DNA from: an uncultured Bdellovibrio sp.
GTDB taxonomy: Bacteria; Bdellovibrionota; Bdellovibrionia; Bdellovibrionales; Bdellovibrionaceae
Length of the DNA stretch: 64,000 nucleotides
Assembly: GCA_963932905.1 (NCBI GenBank)
Contig: CAWVRN010000009.1
Coordinates: forward strand, 62,775-126,774
Reading direction: 5' to 3'
Positions 39,633 to 49,252 of the stretch are shown here, one piece after another (the stretch's first letter is position 1; the number at the start of each line of letters is the position of its first letter). The notes under the pieces were generated by a model, which did no database searches, was not told the origin of the DNA, and was given only the letters and a program-made list of their open reading frames with translations. A program made the position numbers and the translations under genes.

Positions 39633-42600
39633 GTGGTCTCTCTTCAAAAGAGTCTGGTCCATTTTTTGGATAGTAGTCCTAGCGTGAACCCATGGTACCT
39701 TTCCTCTTGTTTGAATTTGAAATTTGTCGCTGTCTTGGACAGATGTCTACCGTTATTGAGATGTCTCGTTTTGATGCTGTCATTGGTCTTTTTGCCGAAC
39801 TATAGTTCTGCTTCAAATGAGAAAACCGATGTCTCCAAAGAGCAGATTTTTAAAGCACTTAGAGAGGAGTACGGTCCTGACCTTGAAGAGTCTCGCTTGC
39901 CCACAATTAAAAAGGTAATTGGTGATGGATTTAGACGAATTTCAATTGCCCATGCCGGTCGCTTTCGTGATGTTGCTATTCACACGGAGCTACACATAGT
40001 CGACTCTGACGAGATTAACGCAATTGTCGGATCTACGCGGGAACACTCAAAGTCTCGAATAAAAAATATAGCTGTATTGACCACTGGTATTTTGCGGTTC
40101 TTTTTTAAAGACATTGAAGGCCAAGAGGATTTTCAAGTGAGAGTAAATGAGTTGATTGGAATTTTAGCCCATGAGCTGGGCCACACCGTAGATCAGTTGG
40201 ATAGAAATGGAATTGAAAATCACTACACTTCAAAAGCAAACCAAGCGGTAGAGATCAGAGCTGACGCTGAGGCTACTGAAATTCTCCAAGCGGCTAAATT
40301 AGACCCAAACTATTTAGTTTCAGCGTTAAGGCGACTACTTTCTCTTCCTCTAACTGGGTTCGATCCACTTTTTGCGGGGACTAGCACCCATCCGGAAACC
40401 TTTGTTCGCATCAGTAGTTTGGAACTGAAATTGAGTTTGGATAAAATTACGAAAGGTTCAAGACCGATCGAACAAATTGTTTTTACCCCCGAGACAGTTG
40501 CAACGGCAATGCAAGAGGTAAATCGAGAACTGACTCTCCGTTCAGGTATAGAGTTGCCTAATAATTTGGAATCACTGAGGCGGTTATTGAGTGAGAAAAA
40601 AGAGTTATCGGCTGTTGAGTTAAATGCCTGGTTGATTTGGTTTGACCGTTATATTGAAAAATATCCTGATATTGATACTAAAGGTACATATGATTTGGTA
40701 GAAATAGTTAAACTATTTTCGGTTCAAACGAAATTTGTTTGCGATAGTTCGCAATGTTTAAAAAAACTTTTTGAAAACATAAATGTTCTTCGTGGATTTG
40801 AAACTGTACCCCATAAAGAATATGTTCAAAAGTTACCATTCTTTAAAACCGATCTTTATTCTGTGAATGAGTACGGGCGATCATTGGCTACATTTGGGAA
40901 ATTTATTCATCCGGAACTAGTGAAAAGCTATTTAGAAAAAGATAACTCAGTGGCAATTGAATTTTGGAAAAGTTTTTCTAAATCTCCCTCTGACATGCTA
41001 TCGCAACAATCCCTAACAGAGTATTTCGGATGGGTGCAGCTGTTTTTTGATAGCTATTTTGAAAATTTGCGTAAACCAATAGCTATTGGAAATACGTCAA
41101 GGTTTGATTTCTTTGGTCTTCTGCCTAGCGACAGTAACAAAAGCATCTGGTCACTGGCTTTGTTGTTGAAAAATAAAAATCCAGAATTGGGCCGAATCGC
41201 ACGGTCGGCTATGCAAGAAATTTGGAATAATCGTGGATTCTGGGCCTTTATAGAATTAAATTCGGAAGTGAATAACAGATTTGATTGGATGTTTATTGCC
41301 AAAGAACTTGGTATTGACAAGAGCGTGGTTGGTAGTTCCGTTCAAAAGTCATTGATCGAGTTTTTAGATCAGCATTTTGAAAGCTTGCCCGATTTCGAAC
41401 AATCTCAGTTTTTTGGGCAGAGATATTCAGTTAAATCCCTTTTTTCAGTTAACAAGAGAAAGCCATTTTGGATTACTGAGTCACTTAGTCAAAAGTTTGA
41501 ACGCGTTTTAGAAAAAATAAGAGATCAAAAAGTAAAAGCGAAATATTCAGAATTACTTTTCTCTTCTTTGTCAGTCTACTATCCAAATATTTCCAATAAG
41601 CGTTATGAAACTAAGTTGACTAAAGAACTTAATCGCAGTGACTTAGCCGAGCTGTCTACAATTCAAAAAATTAAAACGCGTGCCGTTGAGATTTGGAATT
41701 TGTCGACAGGAATTATAGATAAAGAACTCCGGGTTTACAATCCTATTTGGATTGCACATACCGCAAGGGTGATAGCCAACTCAAAAATAGACTCCGTATT
41801 GAAAGCCGATTTTATTAGATATTTAGCCTTTGGAGTGGATGACTTGCCAAAGGAATTACCCACAGTTCCATTTGCAAAGCTTCCGGACCAGTTTCTGCCT
41901 GAGTTTTATCAACTGCTTCGGGAGTACGGGATTATCACTGACATTTTTGATCTTATGGCTAAGATTGCTCAGTTGGAAAAGAAGAGCTTTATTAAATTTA
42001 AAAATTTTGAATCTGAAAGCTCGTTTGATCCAGTTGAAGAAGACCGAAAGAATTTGTTAGTCAAGTTAGGTCCGATTTTTTATGAGGAATTGAAGGAACG
42101 GGTTTCAAAAGAAACTAGTTTACGCGATTTTAAAAAAATTGTTTTTGAAGTCAGTCGTTGGTTTTCTTATTTTGGGAAAAAAAATGAATTCGGAATTTCG
42201 CCAAAAATTAGTGGTCTTTTAGTCGAAAAGTTAAAGGAATTTACACTGTCTCCTTCTGAATCGCTGGCTCTGTTTTATCGAATCACAAGAATTGGCACCA
42301 ACGAAACGACAGATAGATATTTTAAAGACAACATACTTCCTCAATTGGAAAATAGTGGGAGGGTTAAAATTATTCAAAGTGTCTTGGCTAAGGATTTAAT
42401 AAATTCTGAATCATTAAAAACGGATCTGGCGGCGGTAGTCGTGAAAAATAATTTGTCTTTGGGAATGGATTTGTTTGACGTTTCTAGCTTGATCAATAAG
42501 TTGCTTCCTAAAGATTCTTTATATCGAGACGCGTATTTAGAATCAATTGGTTGGGACCATGACTTAACCGGTCCCTTTTTAAAAGGACATGTTGAGGATG

Positions 42601-44435
42601 AAAAGTCATCCAATTGGAGACGTATGACTCCTTACTCGGTAAATGTTGCATCGACCGTAAGTTCATACGTTCAAACTTTAAATTCTACATTAAGGCTAGA
42701 GTTTTTGGATTTTGTAGTTAGAGCTGAAAAGGGAAGTTTGCTTCCTAACTCTATTTATGATTATTTAAAAAGAGATCTTATAGAGAAGCTATCTCCAGAC
42801 GAGAAAGTAAACGAATTCTATATTAAAAAAATCGATAGGACACTATATGGGTTTAAAGTCCAGATAGAGAAATTTTTAGGCGAAACCAACCCCGCCCAGC
42901 GAGTTCCTATTATTCTGGCCGTTGCCACCCATGGATCTAACTCTCTGTATGGGTCGACTTCATTGATGGAGTATTTAATTCAAAAGTACCTTGGAGTCGC
43001 CCCAAATTCGGAAAAGTTTTTTTATATTAAAACATATTTAGAATTATTAGATCCTAGTGAAAAAAATGTAGTTTTCTCTTATTTATTGGCAAATTCTGGT
43101 GGGTCTGTGGAAACGGTGGGAAAAAATAGTTCTATCGCAAGTCTTCTTAAACTGTTTGGACCTATCGGAATTAAATTTGGGCAATTGGCTGCTGTATGGA
43201 ATATTTTTGGTGCTGAACACCAGGATGCTCTAGAGGAGCTTTATCATAAAGCCCCAGCGATGAGTAAGTATGATGTTGAAAACGAATTAAACAAATCGAT
43301 AACGAAAAGTTTTTTTGAACAAAACATTAAACTTAAGAAAGTGCTTGGTAGTGCCAGTATTAAAACCGTCGTTTTAAGCCAATATAAAGATGGGCCAGAT
43401 ATAGCAATTATGTTGAAACGTCCCTATGCGTCCGGTCAGATTGATGCAAGTCTTGATCTGGCGAAAAAATTTCTAGCTCGTCTCAAGGCCCAGGGGGTAG
43501 AGTTTCAGAGCCCATTGTTTGGGCCAATGGTTGCCGCCATTGAGGCCGAAATAGCTCAGGAAACAAATTTTAAAATAGAGGTCGAAAACTATAAAATCGC
43601 CGACCGAGTTGTTAACGCGATCCAAATGAATAAAAAAACTGAAAGGCAGACAGGTTGGAAGTTCTCAGTTCCTAAAGTTATAGAAGATTTTCCAGTTAAT
43701 GAGTCGCTTTTTGCGGTGGAAGCGGTAGCCGGCGTTTCGTTAAAAGACTATTTGAAAGATGCTACAGTATCCGAATTTGATAAAAAACAAGTGGTTGAGC
43801 TTGTTACTGAAATGTCTTTGGATATGTTATTTGAATACGGTTATTTTGATCCAGATCGACATCCGGGAAATTGGATAATTGATAAAGATAGTAAAAAAAT
43901 CTATTTTATTGATGCGGGTAAGTTAACCAACTTTTCAGCAAAGAAATCAAAGTGGAAATGGGACCCTAGATTAACGTTAGCCTCCTTTTTAAAAGCACTT
44001 CATTCTAGAAGTATTAATGAGTTGGTTCACTACGCATCGTTAATGACTGAATCGGGAACAGTTTCTCCTGAATCAAAAGAAAAGGCGAAGAATCTCATTA
44101 AAAAATTATCTGATGAAACCTTGGAGATAAACCCAGATTTTTTAAAAACCGTCGTTGAAATATTTTATAAATCCGGATTCGATATCGACCATCTTTACAC
44201 TTTTGGAGCTCTGAAGGGCCTTATGGTGTTAAATGGTAAAGTTGACGGCAAACCGGTAGTGGAACCCAAGACATTCGCTAGACTGATCGAAAAATCGGTA
44301 CGTCGCTTGCTAATCGGTAAACTACCAGCCATCGGAATAGAAAAAGCCTCGACTGGGCTTAGGCAGCTCATTGGCAATCAAAATTCGAAACGAAGAAACA
44401 GTTCAAATACTTGCCTGGGTTTTTATTCTAAATAG
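39633..44435 (+). CDS. Large fusion protein: N-terminal M48-like zinc peptidase plus C-terminal AarF/ABC1/UbiB atypical kinase (true start probably about 39756-39774)
   Basis: Peptidase part: EINA...GILAHELGH...EIRAD...STHP. Kinase part: GPIGIKFGQ, LGSASIKTV, E.NFKIE, DPDRHPGN and IDAG. Confidence 0.85.
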   Translation: MVSLQKSLVHFLDSSPSVNPWYLSSCLNLKFVAVLDRCLPLLRCLVLMLSLVFLPNYSSASNEKTDVSKEQIFKALREEYGPDLEESRLPTIKKVIGDGFRRISIAHAGRFRDVAIHTELHIVDSDEINAIVGSTREHSKSRIKNIAVLTTGILRFFFKDIEGQEDFQVRVNELIGILAHELGHTVDQLDRNGIENHYTSKANQAVEIRADAEATEILQAAKLDPNYLVSALRRLLSLPLTGFDPLFAGTSTHPETFVRISSLELKLSLDKITKGSRPIEQIVFTPETVATAMQEVNRELTLRSGIELPNNLESLRRLLSEKKELSAVELNAWLIWFDRYIEKYPDIDTKGTYDLVEIVKLFSVQTKFVCDSSQCLKKLFENINVLRGFETVPHKEYVQKLPFFKTDLYSVNEYGRSLATFGKFIHPELVKSYLEKDNSVAIEFWKSFSKSPSDMLSQQSLTEYFGWVQLFFDSYFENLRKPIAIGNTSRFDFFGLLPSDSNKSIWSLALLLKNKNPELGRIARSAMQEIWNNRGFWAFIELNSEVNNRFDWMFIAKELGIDKSVVGSSVQKSLIEFLDQHFESLPDFEQSQFFGQRYSVKSLFSVNKRKPFWITESLSQKFERVLEKIRDQKVKAKYSELLFSSLSVYYPNISNKRYETKLTKELNRSDLAELSTIQKIKTRAVEIWNLSTGIIDKELRVYNPIWIAHTARVIANSKIDSVLKADFIRYLAFGVDDLPKELPTVPFAKLPDQFLPEFYQLLREYGIITDIFDLMAKIAQLEKKSFIKFKNFESESSFDPVEEDRKNLLVKLGPIFYEELKERVSKETSLRDFKKIVFEVSRWFSYFGKKNEFGISPKISGLLVEKLKEFTLSPSESLALFYRITRIGTNETTDRYFKDNILPQLENSGRVKIIQSVLAKDLINSESLKTDLAAVVVKNNLSLGMDLFDVSSLINKLLPKDSLYRDAYLESIGWDHDLTGPFLKGHVEDEKSSNWRRMTPYSVNVASTVSSYVQTLNSTLRLEFLDFVVRAEKGSLLPNSIYDYLKRDLIEKLSPDEKVNEFYIKKIDRTLYGFKVQIEKFLGETNPAQRVPIILAVATHGSNSLYGSTSLMEYLIQKYLGVAPNSEKFFYIKTYLELLDPSEKNVVFSYLLANSGGSVETVGKNSSIASLLKLFGPIGIKFGQLAAVWNIFGAEHQDALEELYHKAPAMSKYDVENELNKSITKSFFEQNIKLKKVLGSASIKTVVLSQYKDGPDIAIMLKRPYASGQIDASLDLAKKFLARLKAQGVEFQSPLFGPMVAAIEAEIAQETNFKIEVENYKIADRVVNAIQMNKKTERQTGWKFSVPKVIEDFPVNESLFAVEAVAGVSLKDYLKDATVSEFDKKQVVELVTEMSLDMLFEYGYFDPDRHPGNWIIDKDSKKIYFIDAGKLTNFSAKKSKWKWDPRLTLASFLKALHSRSINELVHYASLMTESGTVSPESKEKAKNLIKKLSDETLEINPDFLKTVVEIFYKSGFDIDHLYTFGALKGLMVLNGKVDGKPVVEPKTFARLIEKSVRRLLIGKLPAIGIEKASTGLRQLIGNQNSKRRNSSNTCLGFYSK

Positions 44436-44573
44436 ATTTAAAAATCAATTTCTAGATTTGTCTTCTTTGCTCTATAGAACTCGCAGAATCCAAATCGAAA
44501 TTAACTTTATTGAATTTTATTTTTAAGAAGCAGTAAACTGGTTTTATGGGTTGTGATGGAAAACTGCTACACA

Positions 44574-47500
44574 TCAAAGTCGAATAAGCTGCTCAAAATC
44601 TTCTTTTGATAGTGATCGAGGACCACTGGCTAATTCAGCAGTTTCTTTTTCTTTGCCGTCGGTGGTTTCGAGATCGGTGAACAAAGATTGGAATTTCTGG
44701 TCTTTGCGATCTTTTAAAATTTCAATCTTTTCTTCGAGCGATTCATGCATGATGTATTTAAATACTTGGACGGCCTTGGTTTGGCCCATGCGGTGCGCTC
44801 GATCCGTCGCTTGGTTTTCTACAGCCGGATTCCACCAAGGTTCGATATGAAATACATAACTCGCCTTAGTTAAATTCAATCCAACGCCACCAGTTTTTAA
44901 TGTCATCAACAGAACCATGCCTTTTGAGCTTTGTGAAAATTCCGAAATTATTTTTTGCCGTTTTGATGTGCTGATGCCACCGTGGATGGTCATCACCGGG
45001 ATTCCAGCATCCGATAACAATTTTTCTGTGTGCTCCAATGTTTGTAGAAACTGAGTGAAAACTAAAACACTTTCGCCGGATTCGACAATTTCTTTCACCG
45101 AATCCATCAAGGTTTCCAGTTTCGGCGGCACTTTTTCATATTTCACATCGGGTAGGGCGGCGGGGTCCGAACAGACTTGGCGTAGGCGAAGTAAAGCCGT
45201 GAACATTTCTAACTGAACTTCTGCCACACCTTGAACGGCCATGACTTCGTGAATACGTCGATTAAATGACAAGGCGACATTTCGATAAATATCTTTTTGT
45301 TCCTCTTCAAAGGCAATTTTAACAACCGTTTCTTGCTTGGGTGGCAGTTGATCCAAAATTTCTTTTTTGGCGCGTCTTAGAACTAGCGGTTTTATTTTTA
45401 ACTTTAGATTTTGAATTAATTCATAATCGATAACTGGACTGTTAACGTAGCCACGTCGGAAATCTTCCAAAGGTCCTAGACTGCCGGGTACTAATAAATC
45501 TATTAGTGAGTAAAATTCACCAAAGTGATTTTCCATTGGAGTGCCTGTTAACGCTATTTTAAATCTAGCATTGAGCGAGCGAGCGGCATTTGTTCGTTTG
45601 GAATTAATATTTTTGATATTTTGAGCTTCGTCAAAAATTACAATATTCCAAGTATGACGACTGATGACCTCACTATGCTCAAGCATCATTCCGTAGGTAA
45701 TTAGTACAAGCTTTTCTTTTTTCTTGGCAACTAAGGCCGCAATGTTTTCGCGGGTGTCATTGCTAAAAATAGCAACGGGAATTTCCGGGGTGAATTTTTC
45801 TATTTCGCTTCGCCAGTTGAAAACTAAAGACGAAGGAAGGACCACCAGCACCGTACCCATTTCACCCTTTGACCGTAGATTTTCTAAGAACGTAAGAGTC
45901 TGCAATGTTTTACCAAGACCCATATCGTCAGCCAGCAGCGCTCCTAATTTCAACTTGTAAAGGTCTTGAAGCCACTGAACCCCAGTTTTTTGGTAGGGTT
46001 TTAAATCGGCCTTAATTGTAGAAGGTAATTCTAATATTCGCGTCGTTTCGCCCAAACGATCGTAGAAATCACACAGTGCCTGCCATTCTGAATCACCTTG
46101 AAACGGAACTCCGGCTTTGCGTAGGGCCAGCAGAAACAAAGTTTGGCTGCGAGGTAGTTGATAATAAGTATCACGCCCTCGTCGAGTCGATTCCATTTTG
46201 CTTTTCTGGAGTGTCTTCCAAAAATCTTCAAGCAGACGTAGCGATGGAATTTGTTTTTGTGGAACGAGATAGAGTTTATTTTCATATTCAATAACGCCAC
46301 CGGATCCTAGCCGCAGAATATTGCTTGGGTCGATTTCCTGGCCCATAAGGAAAAATTTGGGACTAAGTTCGAACCAATTGATCTGCGACTGATCCATACG
46401 GTCAGCAATTTTAAAATTTATATCTAAATCAGAATCAGCGAGTTCATGAATAGGTTGATCATTTAAAAATATCTTAAAACCAAACGGAACTATATATTGA
46501 ATGATTTCAAGGGCGCCACCTAACGACGTTTCGGGAAAATAAAATTTGGCTTGGCTGACAGTAGATTCCGTTTCAAAACTGCCAGACGATATTCTACTTA
46601 AAAGTGGGACCCGTACTTTTTTAAAACAACCACCTTGTGAGGTCAGTGCTAGACGTTTAAGTAATTCATAAATTAATCGGAACTCGCGCTGTAGAACTCC
46701 GTCCATGATGACTTCACCTGATTCAGAATAGAATGATTCGCCTTGATTAATATCCACTTGAATTTGATCGACGAAACGATCGAAACACGCGAGCACGGAC
46801 CTTGATACTAGATCTGCTAGCGTCGTGGATTCCGTCAATTCGCCATCCTGACTACTGGTAAGCAATAATTTTATTTTTTCCTGTATAGCCGGAAACACGG
46901 CATCGTTCGCTAGAGGCGTTCCATCCAACAAGGTTTTTTCAAAATGAACGGAAAGGGTTTCAAGAAAAATATATTGAAGAATCCCCAAATGTTTTAAGAG
47001 AGCCAAATCCCATTCCCGTTGAAACGAATCCGTACTGGCCATATCGCGGGCTTGAGTTTCTAAGGCATAGGGTAAACCTTGCGATAGACACATCAGGTAA
47101 TGGGCGGATCGCTGTGACCAACCCGATCTGGAGATACTTTTCTGGCCCGGAACTCGTGCCTCATGCTGAACAATGAAATGTCCGTTGTCAGAAAAACGAA
47201 CTTCCGTTTGGCTTCGCTGTGCCTCTACCGTGTGCGAATCACCGCTGATTTTAACGGGCAGGGCCCGGCTGCGAAGATATTTAATTATCTCTTTAGTTTT
47301 TAACTCACTAGATAGTTCAAATGTCGGCATACCGATGCTGGCGTCCAAAATTAATGAATCGGAAATCGCAGCTAGACGTTCTTGCAGTTGACTGAATTCC
47401 ATTCTCCATGGATGAACAACGACCACGCCGTTTTCTGGTTCGAATGCATAAGAATCGTAGAAGTAAAATCGACGATGTCGCAACGAAACGATTTTGAATT

Positions 47501-48122
47501 CGGTTTTAAAACGCTTGCGATCTTCAAAATCAACTCGCCAATCCAGTTCATTCTCAGTTTCTAATTCGATGACCTGCAAAGGGAGGATTTTAGATGATTG
47601 ACTATGGGTTTGCAAAAGTACTTTTAGACGTTTTTGCCTGTGGCCTGTGATGATTCGATTCAGCAGTGATTGAATGATTTCCTCGGTGGGTCTGACCTCA
47701 GGTCCCGATTCGGTTTGTGTCAGTGGCCATGGCCGCATCGAAATTTGATCATGGTGCCAATGCGATGATTTCAACTGCGGCAAAAATTCTTCAGGGATCA
47801 ACTTATGCAGCGACATCCGCAGGATTTCTTTGGCTGAAACTTGCGCTCCATTGCTGAAATTGTAACGAATCATTTCCACCATGCGGTAGAGTTGATTGAC
47901 GATGACGAATTCATATTTTGAATAGGCAGAAAGTCGTCGTACAAAAACTTCCGGCATAAAGGGTAAATAGGGTGCCTCGATTTCAGCGTTTTTAGAAGGA
48001 CCAATTAATTTGAAGGAGGTAGTTGACGTGGGAATTAGGCTAGCGATACTGGGGCCCTTTATTGGTGAGGGCTCGTCAAGTAATAGACTAATTGATTGAA
48101 ATTCAACGTTTGCGCTAGTCAT
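44574..48122 (-). CDS. SNF2/SWI2 family DEAD/DEAH-box helicase
   Basis: LADDMGLGKTLQ, DEAQNIKN, LTGTPMENH, GGVGLNLT and ENQATDRAHRMGQ. Confidence 0.95.
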   Translation of the reverse strand: MTSANVEFQSISLLLDEPSPIKGPSIASLIPTSTTSFKLIGPSKNAEIEAPYLPFMPEVFVRRLSAYSKYEFVIVNQLYRMVEMIRYNFSNGAQVSAKEILRMSLHKLIPEEFLPQLKSSHWHHDQISMRPWPLTQTESGPEVRPTEEIIQSLLNRIITGHRQKRLKVLLQTHSQSSKILPLQVIELETENELDWRVDFEDRKRFKTEFKIVSLRHRRFYFYDSYAFEPENGVVVVHPWRMEFSQLQERLAAISDSLILDASIGMPTFELSSELKTKEIIKYLRSRALPVKISGDSHTVEAQRSQTEVRFSDNGHFIVQHEARVPGQKSISRSGWSQRSAHYLMCLSQGLPYALETQARDMASTDSFQREWDLALLKHLGILQYIFLETLSVHFEKTLLDGTPLANDAVFPAIQEKIKLLLTSSQDGELTESTTLADLVSRSVLACFDRFVDQIQVDINQGESFYSESGEVIMDGVLQREFRLIYELLKRLALTSQGGCFKKVRVPLLSRISSGSFETESTVSQAKFYFPETSLGGALEIIQYIVPFGFKIFLNDQPIHELADSDLDINFKIADRMDQSQINWFELSPKFFLMGQEIDPSNILRLGSGGVIEYENKLYLVPQKQIPSLRLLEDFWKTLQKSKMESTRRGRDTYYQLPRSQTLFLLALRKAGVPFQGDSEWQALCDFYDRLGETTRILELPSTIKADLKPYQKTGVQWLQDLYKLKLGALLADDMGLGKTLQTLTFLENLRSKGEMGTVLVVLPSSLVFNWRSEIEKFTPEIPVAIFSNDTRENIAALVAKKKEKLVLITYGMMLEHSEVISRHTWNIVIFDEAQNIKNINSKRTNAARSLNARFKIALTGTPMENHFGEFYSLIDLLVPGSLGPLEDFRRGYVNSPVIDYELIQNLKLKIKPLVLRRAKKEILDQLPPKQETVVKIAFEEEQKDIYRNVALSFNRRIHEVMAVQGVAEVQLEMFTALLRLRQVCSDPAALPDVKYEKVPPKLETLMDSVKEIVESGESVLVFTQFLQTLEHTEKLLSDAGIPVMTIHGGISTSKRQKIISEFSQSSKGMVLLMTLKTGGVGLNLTKASYVFHIEPWWNPAVENQATDRAHRMGQTKAVQVFKYIMHESLEEKIEILKDRKDQKFQSLFTDLETTDGKEKETAELASGPRSLSKEDFEQLIRL

Positions 48123-48137
48123 GAACAGCGATTTTAA

Positions 48138-48470
48138 TCACTGCGTAGATAGCCGGTCAACAGTAGTAAACACTTTTTTAAAACGCCATGGAATGCGCCA
48201 TTGCCAGCGTGAACCAGCTTCAAATAAGCGCATTGTTCCTGGAGTCATTTCAAAACACTCTTTAGTTTCGATATTTTCAACCTCGGCACGTCCTTCTAAA
48301 ACATAGACGGTTTCAGTCCATTCAAATTCTAGATCCAGCAATCCGGGCCCACATTCCCAAATGCCTATTTGAATATCATTACTAGCTGTTTGAGCTCCAA
48401 TACCTAGTAGTTGAGGAGGTTCGTTGCGACCGCCAAAGTTAAACGGTTTCATAGTTAGGTCTGTCGTCAT
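48138..48470 (-). CDS. Small cupin (DUF861/EutQ-like)
   Basis: GIWECGPG...ETVYVLEG...W...FKKVF. The ATGA overlap with the methyltransferase sets the start at 48470. Confidence 0.85.
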   Translation of the reverse strand: MTTDLTMKPFNFGGRNEPPQLLGIGAQTASNDIQIGIWECGPGLLDLEFEWTETVYVLEGRAEVENIETKECFEMTPGTMRLFEAGSRWQWRIPWRFKKVFTTVDRLSTQ

Positions 48471-49252
48471 GGTTTTTCTCCACTGACGACGTACCAAAAG
48501 TGACTAAAACTTGCCTCGGGCATTTGCGATAGCTGGCGGAGATCGGCAATAGCTTGCGCGCCTTGAGGTCGATCGGATGGATCTAAATAGATATTTAGGC
48601 TTGGCATTAACGTTTCAACCAGAAATTCAATATCAGGTCCTCCGCCAATAATGGGCTGCACTTCTGTTTGAATATTTTTAAATCGAAGCTGTTTTAAATA
48701 CGGTGTTAATTTGCGGCCCACGTTGGGATCGCCTCCTAATTTTCGCTGGCCCTCTTGAACTTTGGCCCAAAAGTCCTTGAACGAGGGTGGGGCGGGTTCA
48801 AAAAACATGCAGTCGCGATCGGCGTCTTCGATTAAAACTCGTCCACCTGGTTTTAGTACACGCAAAATATTTTGCAGCGCTCTTATCGGATCGCTCAGGT
48901 GCATGAACACCAATCGAGCGTAAACAAAATCAAATTGATTGTCCTGAAACGGAAGATCGTAAACATCGGCTTGTCTGAAGGTTAAATTCCTTTGCAGGCT
49001 AGACACATCCAGCAAGTCATGACTGCGATCTATGGCAACCACTTGGGAATTTGGATAGAGTTCAGACATAATACGCGCGCGAATCCCCTGAGCCGTGCCG
49101 ACCTCAAGTGTATGACCTTCCATCGGGTAGCCATGCCGTCGTAGTAGATCGGGAAATCCATCAAGGCGCATTTGAGCCCGTTGTGCTAACATCTTGGCTT
49201 CGTGGTGACGGCCTTCTAATTTTTCAAACTGGTAAGAACCAAATGGTTTCAT
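48467..49252 (-). CDS. Class I SAM-dependent methyltransferase
   Basis: LEVGTAQG, ADVYDLPFQDNQFDFVYARLVFMHL and RVLKPGG. Confidence 0.92.
   Translation of the reverse strand: MKPFGSYQFEKLEGRHHEAKMLAQRAQMRLDGFPDLLRRHGYPMEGHTLEVGTAQGIRARIMSELYPNSQVVAIDRSHDLLDVSSLQRNLTFRQADVYDLPFQDNQFDFVYARLVFMHLSDPIRALQNILRVLKPGGRVLIEDADRDCMFFEPAPPSFKDFWAKVQEGQRKLGGDPNVGRKLTPYLKQLRFKNIQTEVQPIIGGGPDIEFLVETLMPSLNIYLDPSDRPQGAQAIADLRQLSQMPEASFSHFWYVVSGEKP

Noticed and set aside
44574..48122. SNF2 helicase as part of an anti-phage system (DISARM/BREX-like)
   Set aside because: No DNA methylase, nuclease or other defence partner is adjacent; the neighbouring methyltransferase is a small-molecule type.
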